NCBI GenBank assembly: GCA_945486915.1
Contig: CALYTP010000001.1
Span: 1,965 to 65,964, forward strand
DNA length: 64,000 nt
Reading direction: 5' to 3'
DNA from: an uncultured Clostridia bacterium
GTDB taxonomy: Bacteria; Bacillota; Clostridia; Oscillospirales; Oscillospiraceae
The position numbers and the translations under genes are program-made. Each line of letters opens with the position of its first letter. Position 1 is the stretch's first letter. Below, in pieces: positions 51,570-61,772 of the stretch. The notes beneath the pieces are model-generated. The model was not told the DNA's origin. It worked only from the letters and a program-made list of their open reading frames with translations, and made no database searches.

Positions 51570-52139
51570 TTATTTTGCAGGGATGTATTTATCACAGGCT
51601 TCTTCCAATTTCGCAAAATTGCAGTACATGGGAAAGACCTTGCCTGATTCCTTCTGCTGTGTGTAAATCTGTGTCACCTTGGAGAGAATGCCATCCTGCT
51701 GCTTCTGGCAGAAACGGTATTCTTTTTCCAGAAGGTCGGCATATTTCTCATCGGAAAGCGCAGAGAAATCGATCCGGGTGTACAGCTCTCTGCGGACAGG
51801 AATCATCTTTTTCAAATCCAGCGCGGCGTATATCTTGAGCGCATCGGTTTCTGATATAGATTTGTAAATATCTCTTTTGCGAAGCTCAGTTTTCTTCACT
51901 TGCTCATAAACCAGATAATGGGCGGCTCCTACATTTTTCCACTTGGCGTGTTTTGGTTTTCCAGAGGTCAGCGGGATGAAGTAGGAATATGTATCAATGG
52001 TAACGATAACGCCGAGGAAAGGCTTTTGAGCATAGTCCTTTTCTTCAGTGAATTGGACTTCCGGCTCAATGCTGTTGAGATACCGCAGATAATCGGTATC
52101 GATATTGTACAAGCCGAGATTTTCAAATCTGACGTTCAT
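51570..52139 (-). CDS. toxN: Type III toxin-antitoxin toxin, ToxN/AbiQ family
   Basis: YNIDTDYLRYL, KPFLGV, YFIPLTSGKPKH, LDLKKMIPV, NFAKLEEAC; preceded by repeats and a terminator. Confidence 0.88.
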   Translation of the reverse strand: MNVRFENLGLYNIDTDYLRYLNSIEPEVQFTEEKDYAQKPFLGVIVTIDTYSYFIPLTSGKPKHAKWKNVGAAHYLVYEQVKKTELRKRDIYKSISETDALKIYAALDLKKMIPVRRELYTRIDFSALSDEKYADLLEKEYRFCQKQQDGILSKVTQIYTQQKESGKVFPMYCNFAKLEEACDKYIPAK

Positions 52140-52155
52140 ATCTCTTTTTCCTCTC

Positions 52156-52184
52156 AAAAAAACGAGGGGACTTTCATCCCCCCG
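52156..52184 (-). terminator. Terminator between the antitoxin RNA and toxN
   Basis: On minus: GGGGA-TGAAAG-TCCCC hairpin followed by T7. Confidence 0.8.
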
Positions 52185-52190
52185 CATCGT

Positions 52191-52275
52191 TAACGCCCCG
52201 CACTTGGGATATAGGTGGCGGAACACCTGCTGTAACGCTTCGCACTTGGGATATGGGTGGCGAAACACCCGCTGT
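52191..52275 (-). ncRNA. Type III antitoxin RNA (ToxI-like), two 42-nt repeats
   Basis: Repeats 52191-52232 and 52233-52274; H-type pseudoknot pairings covary between the copies. Confidence 0.88.
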
Positions 52276-52295
52276 GAACCTTCCGGTTCACCTAT

Positions 52296-52324
52296 ATTAT
52301 ATGCAAGATTCCGGTAAATTGCAA
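52296..52324 (-). promoter_or_regulatory. SigA promoter of the toxIN locus
   Basis: On minus: TTGCAA-17 bp-TATAAT. Confidence 0.8.
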
Positions 52325-52459
52325 CCATTATTTTCGGAATATCATTGCCAAAGGAGGCAAACACATATCCATACCTTATACCACGCCAGGGATCAGCCCT
52401 GGTTTTTTCATATCCATCATCCACAATTCAAAACTACAATCTAAGAAAGGAAAAGCAAA

Positions 52460-54559
52460 ATGAAAAACTTTACCAGAATCATGTCCCTCTTTCTGGCGCT
52501 GACCCTGCTGCTGTGTTTCCCTGTGGGGGTCTCTGCCGCTCCCTTTGACGAAGCCGTCATTGATATGGACAGAAAAGGCAGCCTGACCATCTATAAGTAT
52601 GATCTGACCAACGCCGAGAAGGACGGCATTTGGGACAGTTCCTACGTATCCACCGGCGTCATGGATCAGGCGGGTGTGGTGGACATCCTGGGCGGCTCCA
52701 ACCGGGCTGGAGACAACGATGCCTCCTCCGACCTGGGTAACGGTCAGACCTCCAACGGCTACGCCATCCGGGGTGTGGAATTCACCTATCTGAAAATCGC
52801 CGACATCTGCCAGTTCTCCCAAGCAGAAGAAGATGCGCCGGATCATGTTCAGGTGCTTTACGCCATTGATAAGTCCCAGGGAGAAGCCTTCCTGTCCGCC
52901 CTTGGTTTGAGCAACGGTGCCAAGCGCTTTGAAAAGGCGGATTCCCTGGATGCCGCCCGTTATTTCTATGACAGCGACACCCTCATCGATGCTCTCGCCG
53001 GTGGTCTGTCCAGCAACTCCACCGTGGTGAAAAACGCCCTGGAAAGCTATGTCAACACCCAGGGCGGCGTGAAGATGCCCCTGACCGACGGCTACGGCAA
53101 AACCGGTGCCACCGGGCTGGATTTGGGCCTGTACCTGGTGGTGGAGACCAAGGTGCCCGAAATGGTGGTTTCCACCTGCGATCCCTTCCTGGTGAGCCTG
53201 CCCATGACCTCCGTCAACGGCACCAATGCCAGTGACGGCGGCACCCGCTGGATGTATGATGTGACCCTGTACCCCAAGAACTTCACCGGTATCCCCAGCC
53301 TGGAAAAAACCCTGCGGGAACAGGTTTCCGACACCGGCAAAAACGGCGGCTCTGCTTCCAACATCAAGGATGGCTACGCCCACACCGGCACCGCCTCGGA
53401 CGGGGACATCATCGACTACCAGATTATCTCTACTCTGCCCAGCATCACCTCTGAATCCACCTATCTGTCCTGCTATACCTTTGTGGATACCCTGTCCGCC
53501 GGTCTGAGCTATCTGACCGGGGATGTGAAGATGGAGCTGTTTACCGATTCTGGCTGCACCGACCTGATCACCACCTGGCGGGAAGCGGACGGGATGTTCA
53601 CCGTGCGTTATAACGCTGCCTCCAACGGTGCCAACGCCATGACCATTGAAATGACCACCAGAGGCCTGACAGAGCTGAACGCCTCCAAGGTAGTCTACTC
53701 CGGCGCTTCCATGGTCAACAGCGGCTACTCTGACTGCACCATGAGAATCACCTATCAGGCGAAGCTGGACAGCGACAGCAGCGTGGTCTACGGCGACAGC
53801 GGCAACCCCAACGAGGTGGTGCTGACCTGGAAGCGCACCAGCCAGAATTATTACGATACCCTGGTGGATGATGCCCATGTGTACACCTACGGCATCGATG
53901 TGACCAAGCTGTTCTCCGATGGCAAGGGCGATTTCTCCAAGGTGGAGTTCCTGGTAAAGAACAAGACGGACAATTATTTCATCAAGGCGGAGCTGAACCA
54001 GGCGGATGGCGTTTACTATGTTGTTGGCCATGTTGCCGATGAAGCGGATGCCACCCATTTCATCCCCGTGGACAGCAAGGGAACTCCTGGCAAGGTCATT
54101 ATCAAGGGTGTGGAGGATGATGAGTACATCATCACCGAGATTCGCACCGACAACGGCTACACCCTGCTGAAAGAGGCCATCACCGTCGCCATTTCCCAGA
54201 AAGCATCCTCCCAGCTCTGCGACTGCTACAGCCGGGATGCCCTGGGCCTGATTCAGAATGACCCCAGATACGCCTCCATCATCCAAGACAACGGGAGCCT
54301 CCACAATATGCCCCAGCGGCATCTGGAGCACGCCCTGCTGACCGCTGCCGCAACGGTGGACGGCAATTCCGTTTCCATGCTCTCTGACGGCAATTCCAAG
54401 AATGCGGAAGCGCCCCTGTCCGTGGTCAACACCCGGGGCTTTGACCTGCCCAAAACTGGTGACAACGGCACCATGTTCATCACCGTCACCGGCATTGTGA
54501 TGATGGCCGCCGCTGGGGTGGTGATCGTCCTTGCCGCCCGGAAGAAGAATAAGCGGTAA
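52460..54559 (+). CDS. Backbone (major) pilin, LPXTG-anchored
   Basis: Signal peptide, GSLTIYKY, E-box YLVVETKVP, pilin motif YPKN, LPKTG. Confidence 0.9.
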   Translation: MKNFTRIMSLFLALTLLLCFPVGVSAAPFDEAVIDMDRKGSLTIYKYDLTNAEKDGIWDSSYVSTGVMDQAGVVDILGGSNRAGDNDASSDLGNGQTSNGYAIRGVEFTYLKIADICQFSQAEEDAPDHVQVLYAIDKSQGEAFLSALGLSNGAKRFEKADSLDAARYFYDSDTLIDALAGGLSSNSTVVKNALESYVNTQGGVKMPLTDGYGKTGATGLDLGLYLVVETKVPEMVVSTCDPFLVSLPMTSVNGTNASDGGTRWMYDVTLYPKNFTGIPSLEKTLREQVSDTGKNGGSASNIKDGYAHTGTASDGDIIDYQIISTLPSITSESTYLSCYTFVDTLSAGLSYLTGDVKMELFTDSGCTDLITTWREADGMFTVRYNAASNGANAMTIEMTTRGLTELNASKVVYSGASMVNSGYSDCTMRITYQAKLDSDSSVVYGDSGNPNEVVLTWKRTSQNYYDTLVDDAHVYTYGIDVTKLFSDGKGDFSKVEFLVKNKTDNYFIKAELNQADGVYYVVGHVADEADATHFIPVDSKGTPGKVIIKGVEDDEYIITEIRTDNGYTLLKEAITVAISQKASSQLCDCYSRDALGLIQNDPRYASIIQDNGSLHNMPQRHLEHALLTAAATVDGNSVSMLSDGNSKNAEAPLSVVNTRGFDLPKTGDNGTMFITVTGIVMMAAAGVVIVLAARKKNKR

Positions 54560-54611
54560 TATGACTGCCCCGGAGATTCATGCTCCGGGGCGTTCCCATA
54601 AGGAGGGAAAT

Positions 54612-55502
54612 ATGAAACGAATCACCATTATTGTCCTGTCCGCCGTGACCTTTCTGCTGGCTCTGGGACTGACCATCTATCCGGTTGTAAGTATTTATGT
54701 AAACCAGAAATACGCCTCTGAAATCTACTTCACCTATGAGGAAGCGGTGGAGCAGACGGATGATCTGACCCTGGCGCAAGCCCGGCTGGATGCCCTGCGC
54801 TACAACGAATCCATTGTCCCCGGGACGTTGGAGGACGAGGAAGCCTTCAGCCAGGAGGCGCTGGAACAGGCTGCCGGGGAGTATGACCATCTTCTGAATA
54901 TCGCCGGGAACGGCATCATGGGTTATGTGGAAATCCCGGTGATTTCCGTGAATCTGCCCATCTACCACGGCACCGGGACGGATTCTCTGGAGCGTGGGGT
55001 GGGTCATCTGCTGGGTTCCTCCCTACCGGTGGGCGGGGAATCCACCCATGCGGTGCTCACCGGCCACAGCGGCATGGCAACCAGCAAGATGTTCACCGAC
55101 CTGGAGCAGCTGAAGCAGGGGGACGTTTTCTATCTGCACACTCTTGGAGAAACTCTGGCCTACCAGGTGACGGAGCTGAATACCGTTCTGCCCCATGAAA
55201 CCGAACTGCTGGCCGTTGTCCCCGGGGAGGACTACTGCACCCTGGTGACCTGCGTGCCCTATGCGGTGAATTCCCACCGGCTGCTGGTTCGGGGAGAGCG
55301 AATCCCTTATGAGCAGGCCGAGGAGCTGGTGGAGGAGATCACCATCGAGGAGCTGCCCACCTCCCATTGGGAGGAAAAATACCTGGAGGGCATTTTCTAC
55401 GGGATCGGCGCGGCCTCCGTCGTCGGTGCGGCAATCATTGCGTTCGCTGTCTCCCGGGGCAGCCGCAGAAAGAGCCGAGGTGGGAAATATGTACGCAAGT
55501 AA
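54612..55502 (+). CDS. Class C sortase
   Basis: LPIYHGT, GHLLGSSLPVGG, HAVLTGH, TLVTCVPY..NSHRLLV; C-terminal TM segment. Confidence 0.93.
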   Translation: MKRITIIVLSAVTFLLALGLTIYPVVSIYVNQKYASEIYFTYEEAVEQTDDLTLAQARLDALRYNESIVPGTLEDEEAFSQEALEQAAGEYDHLLNIAGNGIMGYVEIPVISVNLPIYHGTGTDSLERGVGHLLGSSLPVGGESTHAVLTGHSGMATSKMFTDLEQLKQGDVFYLHTLGETLAYQVTELNTVLPHETELLAVVPGEDYCTLVTCVPYAVNSHRLLVRGERIPYEQAEELVEEITIEELPTSHWEEKYLEGIFYGIGAASVVGAAIIAFAVSRGSRRKSRGGKYVRK

Positions 55503-56265
55503 GGATGGTCTGGGCTTCTGGCGGGCATTTCTTATTGCGCTGATGTTTCAACTGTTCCTGTTCGGTCTGTGCATTACCCTTTTTCCCTATGTCCGGGGCT
55601 ACATTGTTGACCGGGCCATTGAGGACGATGCCAGCTCCTTCCTGGTGCAGATGGGGGAAACAGGACCGGAGGAAGTAACGGAAGGAATTGCCCCCACCGA
55701 AGAAACACAGGAAACCTTTCGTGATTACGAGCGGCTTTGGGCAGACATGACCGCCTACAACGAGCGAATCTACGCCCAGCACCAATCCGGCCTGTCCTGT
55801 GAGTATGACTATCAGCAGCCAAGCTTCGTTCTGAAAAACTACGGTTTGAGCAGTGAAATCTTTGGGGTCATCAGCATCCCCGCCATGGAGCTGGAAATGC
55901 CCATCTACCTCGGCGCAACGTCGCAGCACATGGCGGACGGCGCAGCCCACATGACTCAGACAAGCCTGCCGATTGGCGGGAAGAACACCAACGCCGTTAT
56001 TGCAGGCCACCGGGGCTACAACGGAGCCAGCTATTTCCGCTACATCGACAAGCTCCAGCCCGGTGATTTGGTGACAGTGCGTAATTTATGGGACACTCTG
56101 AACTACCGGGTATCGGGCATCAAGATTATCGATCCCCATGATGTAGAGGAAATTCTGATTCAGGATGGCCGGGAGCTGCTGACCCTCATCACCTGCCATC
56201 CCTATGCCTCCGGTGGAAAGCAACGCTATGTGGTGTATTGCGAGCGGGTGCCCGATGCGCTGTAA
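55489..56265 (+). CDS. Class C sortase (second)
   Basis: TSLPIGG, IAGHRG, TLITCHPY...RY. Confidence 0.9.
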   Translation: MYASKDGLGFWRAFLIALMFQLFLFGLCITLFPYVRGYIVDRAIEDDASSFLVQMGETGPEEVTEGIAPTEETQETFRDYERLWADMTAYNERIYAQHQSGLSCEYDYQQPSFVLKNYGLSSEIFGVISIPAMELEMPIYLGATSQHMADGAAHMTQTSLPIGGKNTNAVIAGHRGYNGASYFRYIDKLQPGDLVTVRNLWDTLNYRVSGIKIIDPHDVEEILIQDGRELLTLITCHPYASGGKQRYVVYCERVPDAL

Positions 56266-56289
56266 TACCAAAGGAAGGGAGAAACCTCA

Positions 56290-57159
56290 ATGGATTTTCT
56301 GTGGGAGCAAATCACCGACTGGCTGAAAGAGGTGCTTGTAAGCGGCATCATCAGCAACCTCACCGGGATGTTTGATTCCACCAATGAGCAGATCGGGAGC
56401 ATTGTGGGAGAGGTTGGTTTAACGCCCCAGGCATGGAACAGCGGCATTTTCAACATGATTCAGAACCTGTCCGAAACGGTGGTGCTTCCCATTGCCGGGG
56501 CGGTGCTGGCCTTTCTTATGACCCTGGAGCTGATTCAGCTGATTACGGATAAGAATAACCTCAACGATGTGGACACCTGGATGTTCTTCAAATGGGTATT
56601 CAAGTCCGCTGCCGCTGCTTTGATTCTCTCCAACACCTGGACCATTGTCATGGGGGTATTCGACGTTGCCCATGGCGTTGTATCCTCTGCCGCAGGGGTT
56701 ATCGTAGGCAATACCTCAATTGATATAACGTCCGTGCTCTCTGGACTGGAAACACAGTTGGACGCCATGGATTTGGGCCCGCTGTTCGGGCTGTGGTTCC
56801 AGAGCCTGTTTGTGGGCATCTGCACCTGGGCCATCACCATCTGTATTTTCATCGTCATCTACGGGCGGATGATTGAAGTATACCTGGTCACATCCGTCGC
56901 CCCCATCCCCATGGCGACCATGGCCAACCGGGAGTGGGGGCAGATGGGGCAGAACTATCTTAGAACCCTGTTTTCTCTGGGTTTCCAGGCGTTCCTTATT
57001 ATGGTCTGCGTGGCCATCTACGCTGTTTTGGTGCAGAACATCGGCACCTCCTCGGATGTTTCCGGTGCCATCTGGACCTGCATGGGCTATACTGTTCTTC
57101 TGTGCTTCTGCCTGTTCAAAACCGGGAGCCTGTCCCGCTCTGTATTCAATGCCCATTAA
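56290..57159 (+). CDS. VirB6/TrbL-like conjugal transfer membrane protein
   Basis: Multi-TM; IYGRMIEVYL...APIPMAT...GQNYLR. Confidence 0.88.
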   Translation: MDFLWEQITDWLKEVLVSGIISNLTGMFDSTNEQIGSIVGEVGLTPQAWNSGIFNMIQNLSETVVLPIAGAVLAFLMTLELIQLITDKNNLNDVDTWMFFKWVFKSAAAALILSNTWTIVMGVFDVAHGVVSSAAGVIVGNTSIDITSVLSGLETQLDAMDLGPLFGLWFQSLFVGICTWAITICIFIVIYGRMIEVYLVTSVAPIPMATMANREWGQMGQNYLRTLFSLGFQAFLIMVCVAIYAVLVQNIGTSSDVSGAIWTCMGYTVLLCFCLFKTGSLSRSVFNAH

Positions 57160-57171
57160 GGAGGTAATTCT

Positions 57172-57600
57172 ATTCCCTATGTAACCGTCCCCAAGGACGT
57201 CACCAAAGTCAAAACCAAGGTGCTGTTCAACCTGACGAAACGCCAGCTCATCTGCTTCAGTGTGGCAGCAGCGGTGGGTGTGCCGCTGTATTTTCTGACG
57301 AGAAAGCCTCTGGGCAACAGCACCGCCGCGCTTCTTCTGATTCTTTCCATGATGCCCATGTTTCTGCTTGCCATGTACGAAAAGAACGGGCAGCCCCTGG
57401 AAATCATTCTGCGGAACATGATTCGCAGCATGGTGCTCCGGCCGAAGAAGCGTCCCTATCAAACCAATAATTTCTATGCCGCCGTGCAGCGGCAAGACCG
57501 ATTAGACAAGGAGGTTTACCACATTGTCCGCCGAAAAGCTGTCCCTGGCCGAAAAGAAAGCGGTAAAGGTCGCAATCGAAAGAGCCAGGGGAACAGATAA
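57172..57600 (+). CDS. prgI: PrgI family protein, probable ATT start
   Basis: xPYVTVPKDVTKVKTKVLFNLTKRQL; AAGGAGGT lies 6 nt before ATT. Confidence 0.85.
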   Translation: MPYVTVPKDVTKVKTKVLFNLTKRQLICFSVAAAVGVPLYFLTRKPLGNSTAALLLILSMMPMFLLAMYEKNGQPLEIILRNMIRSMVLRPKKRPYQTNNFYAAVQRQDRLDKEVYHIVRRKAVPGRKESGKGRNRKSQGNR

Positions 57601-59932
57601 AAAGGGCAAGTCCGCACAGTCCAGCATTCCCTACCAGATGCTCCGCCCGGACGGCATCTGCCAGGTCACACCCACCCACTTTACAAAGACAATCCAGTTC
57701 CGGGACATCAACTACCAGCTCTCCGACAACGAGGACAAGCAGACCATCTTTGACAGCTGGTGCGACTTTCTGAACTACTTCGATTCCTCCGTCCGGTTCC
57801 AGCTGTCCTTTCTGAACCTCACCGCTTCGGAGGATGCCTTCGTGGACAGTATTCAGATTCCCAACCAAGGGGATGAATTTGACTCCATCCGGCAGGAGTA
57901 TGCCCAGATGCTGCAAAACCAGCTGGCCCGGGGCAACAACGGCCTGATGAAAACCAAACACCTCACCTTCGGCATCGATGCCGATTCCATGAAAACAGCC
58001 AAGCCCAGGCTGGAACGGCTGGAAACGGACATTCTGAACAATTTCAAACGGATGGGCGTTCTTGCCGAAGCCCTCTCCGGTCAGCAGCGGCTCCGGGTAC
58101 TCCATGACATTCTCCGCATGGACACACCGGAGCCCTTTCTCTTTGACTGGAAATGGCTCCCCAAAACCGGCCTGGGCACCAAAGACTTTATTGCCCCCAG
58201 CTCCTTCTATTTTAATCGTGCCAGGGATTTTCGCATGGGGAAAAAGTTATGCCGGGTCAGCTTCCTGCAAATTCTCGCGCCGGAGCTCAGTGACCGGATT
58301 CTGAAAGACTTCCTGGATGTGGAGAGCAATCTGGTGGTTTCCATCCATGTCCAGTCCATCGACCAGGTTGCGGCCATTAAGACCATAAAGCGCACCATCA
58401 CCGATCTGGACAAGACCAAGATTGAGGAGCAGAAAAAGGCAGTCCGTTCCGGCTACGATATGGACATCATTCCGTCAGACCTCGCCACCTACGGCGAGGA
58501 GGCAAAGAAGCTCCTGGCGGATCTTCAGAGCCGGAACCAACGCATGTTTCTGGTGACGTTCCTGATTCTCAGCACCGCCGACACCCAGCGGCAGTTGGAA
58601 AACAATGTGTTCCAGATGAAATCCATCGCCCAGAAATACAACTGCAACATCACACCTCTGGACTACCAGCAGGAGGAGGGGCTTATGAGCTGTCTGCCCC
58701 TGGGGCACAATCAGATTGAGATTCAGCGGGGCCTCACCAGCTCCGGCATTGGCATCTTTATCCCCTTTACCACCCAGGAGTTGTTTCAAAGCGGCGGGGA
58801 GGCCCTTTACTATGGCCTGAACGCTCTCAGCAACAACCTGATCATGGTGGACCGGAAGCTCCTAAAGAATCCCAACGGCCTGATCCTGGGCACTCCCGGT
58901 TCGGGTAAATCTTTCTCTGCAAAGCGGGAAATCACCAATGCCTTCCTGGTGACCAAGGATGACATCATCATCTGCGACCCGGAAGCCGAATACGCCGCCC
59001 TGGTTTCCCAGCTGGGCGGACAGGTGATTAAGATTTCGCCCACCTCCAAGCACCACATCAACCCCATGGACTTGAACCTGAACTACAGCGATGAAGACAA
59101 TCCCTTATCGCTGAAATCTGACTTCATTTTGTCCCTGTGTGAGCTGATTGTAGGCGGCAAGGATGGGCTGACCCCGGTGGAAAAGACCATCATTGACCGC
59201 TGTGTCCGGCTGGTGTACCGGGAGTATCTGGACAGCCCCACACCGGAGAAAATGCCCATATTGCAGGATTTATATGACATGCTTCGGATGCAGGAGGAAA
59301 AGGAAGCCCAGAACATCGCCACCGCCCTGGAAATCTACGTCAGCGGTTCTCTTTCCGTGTTCAATCACCGCACCGATGTGGACATCCATAACCGGATCGT
59401 GTGCTATGACATCCGGGAGCTGGGCAAGCAGCTGAAGAAAATCGGGATGCACATTGTCCAGGACCAGGTCTGGAACCGGGTGACGGCCAACCGGTTCCAC
59501 AAGGTACAGGATGGGAACTCTGCTATACAGAAAGCCACCCGGTACTACATGGACGAATTTCATCTCCTGCTGAAAGAGGAACAGACCGCCGCCTACTCCA
59601 TTGAAATCTGGAAGCGGTTCCGAAAATGGGGCGGCATCCCCACGGGCATCACCCAGAACGTGAAGGATCTGCTGTCCTCCCGGGAGATTGAAAATATCTT
59701 TGAAAACTCCGATTTCATCTACATGCTCAACCAGGCGGCGGGAGACCGTCAGATTCTGGCCCAGCATTTGGGCATCTCTCCCAGCCAGCTGTCCTATGTG
59801 ACCCATTCCGGCGAAGGCGAGGGCCTGCTGTTCTACGGGGATACCATTATTCCCTTTGTGGATCGCTTCCCGAAAGATACCCGGCTCTACCAGGTTATGA
59901 CCACCAAGCCCCAAGAGGTCGCCTCCACATGA
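57524..59932 (+). CDS. virB4: VirB4-like conjugal transfer ATPase
   Basis: GTPGSGKS, DPEAEY, YMDEFH, RFRKWGG, TQN. Confidence 0.93.
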   Translation: MSAEKLSLAEKKAVKVAIERARGTDKKGKSAQSSIPYQMLRPDGICQVTPTHFTKTIQFRDINYQLSDNEDKQTIFDSWCDFLNYFDSSVRFQLSFLNLTASEDAFVDSIQIPNQGDEFDSIRQEYAQMLQNQLARGNNGLMKTKHLTFGIDADSMKTAKPRLERLETDILNNFKRMGVLAEALSGQQRLRVLHDILRMDTPEPFLFDWKWLPKTGLGTKDFIAPSSFYFNRARDFRMGKKLCRVSFLQILAPELSDRILKDFLDVESNLVVSIHVQSIDQVAAIKTIKRTITDLDKTKIEEQKKAVRSGYDMDIIPSDLATYGEEAKKLLADLQSRNQRMFLVTFLILSTADTQRQLENNVFQMKSIAQKYNCNITPLDYQQEEGLMSCLPLGHNQIEIQRGLTSSGIGIFIPFTTQELFQSGGEALYYGLNALSNNLIMVDRKLLKNPNGLILGTPGSGKSFSAKREITNAFLVTKDDIIICDPEAEYAALVSQLGGQVIKISPTSKHHINPMDLNLNYSDEDNPLSLKSDFILSLCELIVGGKDGLTPVEKTIIDRCVRLVYREYLDSPTPEKMPILQDLYDMLRMQEEKEAQNIATALEIYVSGSLSVFNHRTDVDIHNRIVCYDIRELGKQLKKIGMHIVQDQVWNRVTANRFHKVQDGNSAIQKATRYYMDEFHLLLKEEQTAAYSIEIWKRFRKWGGIPTGITQNVKDLLSSREIENIFENSDFIYMLNQAAGDRQILAQHLGISPSQLSYVTHSGEGEGLLFYGDTIIPFVDRFPKDTRLYQVMTTKPQEVAST

Positions 59933-61758
59933 AAAAAGAGCCCCGTCTGAAATTCACAGACCAGGAGCTGGCGGAGAATACCCCCGTGGGTGCTGCTGCC
60001 CGAAAGGCAAAAAAGGCAGCGGAGCAAGCGGACAAAGCGGATGCCAAAATCCCCCGGCGGAAGAAACCCAAGGTGGCGCTTCACTTTGATGATGAAGTGA
60101 AACGCCCCCAGGAGGTGAAAGCGCCCAGGGAGAAAGCAAGGGCACGCAATAAGAAATTGGGGGTGGATAAACCAGCTTCAGCGCCAGCCCCGAAGCCCGC
60201 CGCGAAGAAAGTACGCCTCACCCTCCGTTTTGAGGAACAGCAGAAATCGCCGGAGAAATTCTCGCCTCATGTCCGGGATGCACCCGGAAGAATAGCACAC
60301 AGCATGATTCAGAATGGTGCCCAGCCGCAGGATGATAACTCGGATGTAAGCACGGATATGGTTCAGGCTGCGGATACGGCAGAACAGCGTACCGAAGCCG
60401 TTTTCCATGACATTCATAGAACTGTCCAGCTGCGCCCCTATCGTGGTGCGGAAAAGGCAGAGCGGAAGCTGGAAAAGGCCAACTTGGGGTATCTGCAAAA
60501 GAAAGCCCAGGCAGAGCATCCTACCTCCAATCCCATTTCCAAATGGCAGCAGAAGCGGCAAATCAAGCGGCAGTATACGGCCGCAAAGGCTGGGTATAGC
60601 GGAAAAACTATAAAACATACCGCCAAAGGTGTAGAGAAAGCCGTCAAAAATACGGATAAAGCAGTCAAATTCGTCTCGGCGAGCAAAAAGCCCCTTTTGG
60701 TTGTCCTTGCTATTGCACTGCTTCTGATGTTCTTCCTGAATGTGGTTTCCTCCTGCTCCGTCATTGTGGAAGGGGTGGGCTCCGTCCTGGCGGGCAGCAC
60801 CTATCCAGCCAGCGACTCTGCGCTTCTGAATGCGGAGGCGGCCTATACCGCAAAGGAGGAGGAACTGCAGCGGTATTTGGACAATTACGCCAGCACCCAC
60901 GATTATGACGAATATCACTTCGACCTGGACGAAATCAGCCACGACCCCTATGTGCTGCTGTCCCTGCTTTCGGCCATGAATCCCGGCGACTGGACGGCTT
61001 CGGAGATTTCCAGAATGGTGGAGGACCTTTTTGACCGGCAGTACATCCTCACGGAATTTGTGGAGACGGAAACCCGCTACAAGACGGAAACCAGAACGGA
61101 CTATGAGTACGTCTATAACCCGTATACCGGCTCCTATGAATGGCGCAGCTACACCCATACCGTCCAGGTGCCCTATGAGTACCGCATCTGCACCGTCACC
61201 CTGGAAAACAGGGATTTAAGCCATCTGCCGGTGGAAGTGCTCTCCGGCAGCCAGCTCAATATGTACGCTACCTATATGGCCACCCTGGGCAACCGCCCGG
61301 AACTGTTCCCGGATTCGCCCTATGTGGATTTGTATCTAAACAAAACGGACCAGAGCTTCGACATCCCGGTGGATGCCATTCCCTCTGACCGGGTGGCCGC
61401 CATGCTTCAGGAGGCGCAGAAGTATCTGGGCTATCCTTACGTATGGGGCGGCAGCAGCCCGTCTACCTCTTTTGACTGCTCCGGCTATGTGTGCTGGGTG
61501 GTGAACCATTCCGGTTGGAACATTGGCCGTCTCAGTGCCCAGGGCATCTGCAATGTCTGCACCCCCATCTCCGCCGCCAACGCCCAGCCCGGCGACCTGG
61601 TGTTTTTCGAGGGCACCTATGATACCCCGGGGGTATCCCACTGCGGCATTTATGTGGGAAATAATACCATGATTCACTGCGGAGACCCCATAAAATATGC
61701 AAATTTGAATACAAATTATTGGCAGAGCCATTTCTACTGCTTTGGCCGTCTGCCTTAA
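59929..61758 (+). CDS. Conjugation cell-wall hydrolase, NlpC/P60 (C40)
   Basis: Basic N-terminus, TM segment, YLGYPYVWGG, FDCSG, SHCGIY, MIH. Confidence 0.9.
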   Translation: MKKEPRLKFTDQELAENTPVGAAARKAKKAAEQADKADAKIPRRKKPKVALHFDDEVKRPQEVKAPREKARARNKKLGVDKPASAPAPKPAAKKVRLTLRFEEQQKSPEKFSPHVRDAPGRIAHSMIQNGAQPQDDNSDVSTDMVQAADTAEQRTEAVFHDIHRTVQLRPYRGAEKAERKLEKANLGYLQKKAQAEHPTSNPISKWQQKRQIKRQYTAAKAGYSGKTIKHTAKGVEKAVKNTDKAVKFVSASKKPLLVVLAIALLLMFFLNVVSSCSVIVEGVGSVLAGSTYPASDSALLNAEAAYTAKEEELQRYLDNYASTHDYDEYHFDLDEISHDPYVLLSLLSAMNPGDWTASEISRMVEDLFDRQYILTEFVETETRYKTETRTDYEYVYNPYTGSYEWRSYTHTVQVPYEYRICTVTLENRDLSHLPVEVLSGSQLNMYATYMATLGNRPELFPDSPYVDLYLNKTDQSFDIPVDAIPSDRVAAMLQEAQKYLGYPYVWGGSSPSTSFDCSGYVCWVVNHSGWNIGRLSAQGICNVCTPISAANAQPGDLVFFEGTYDTPGVSHCGIYVGNNTMIHCGDPIKYANLNTNYWQSHFYCFGRLP

Positions 61759-61772
61759 AGGAGTGTGAATTT

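Noticed and set aside
52191-52275. Possible mini-CRISPR
   Set aside because: The repeats are contiguous with no spacers or cas genes, and the layout matches a type III antitoxin.
48424-54331. Antisense ORFs of 1046 aa and 651 aa
   Set aside because: Shadows of the pilin genes.
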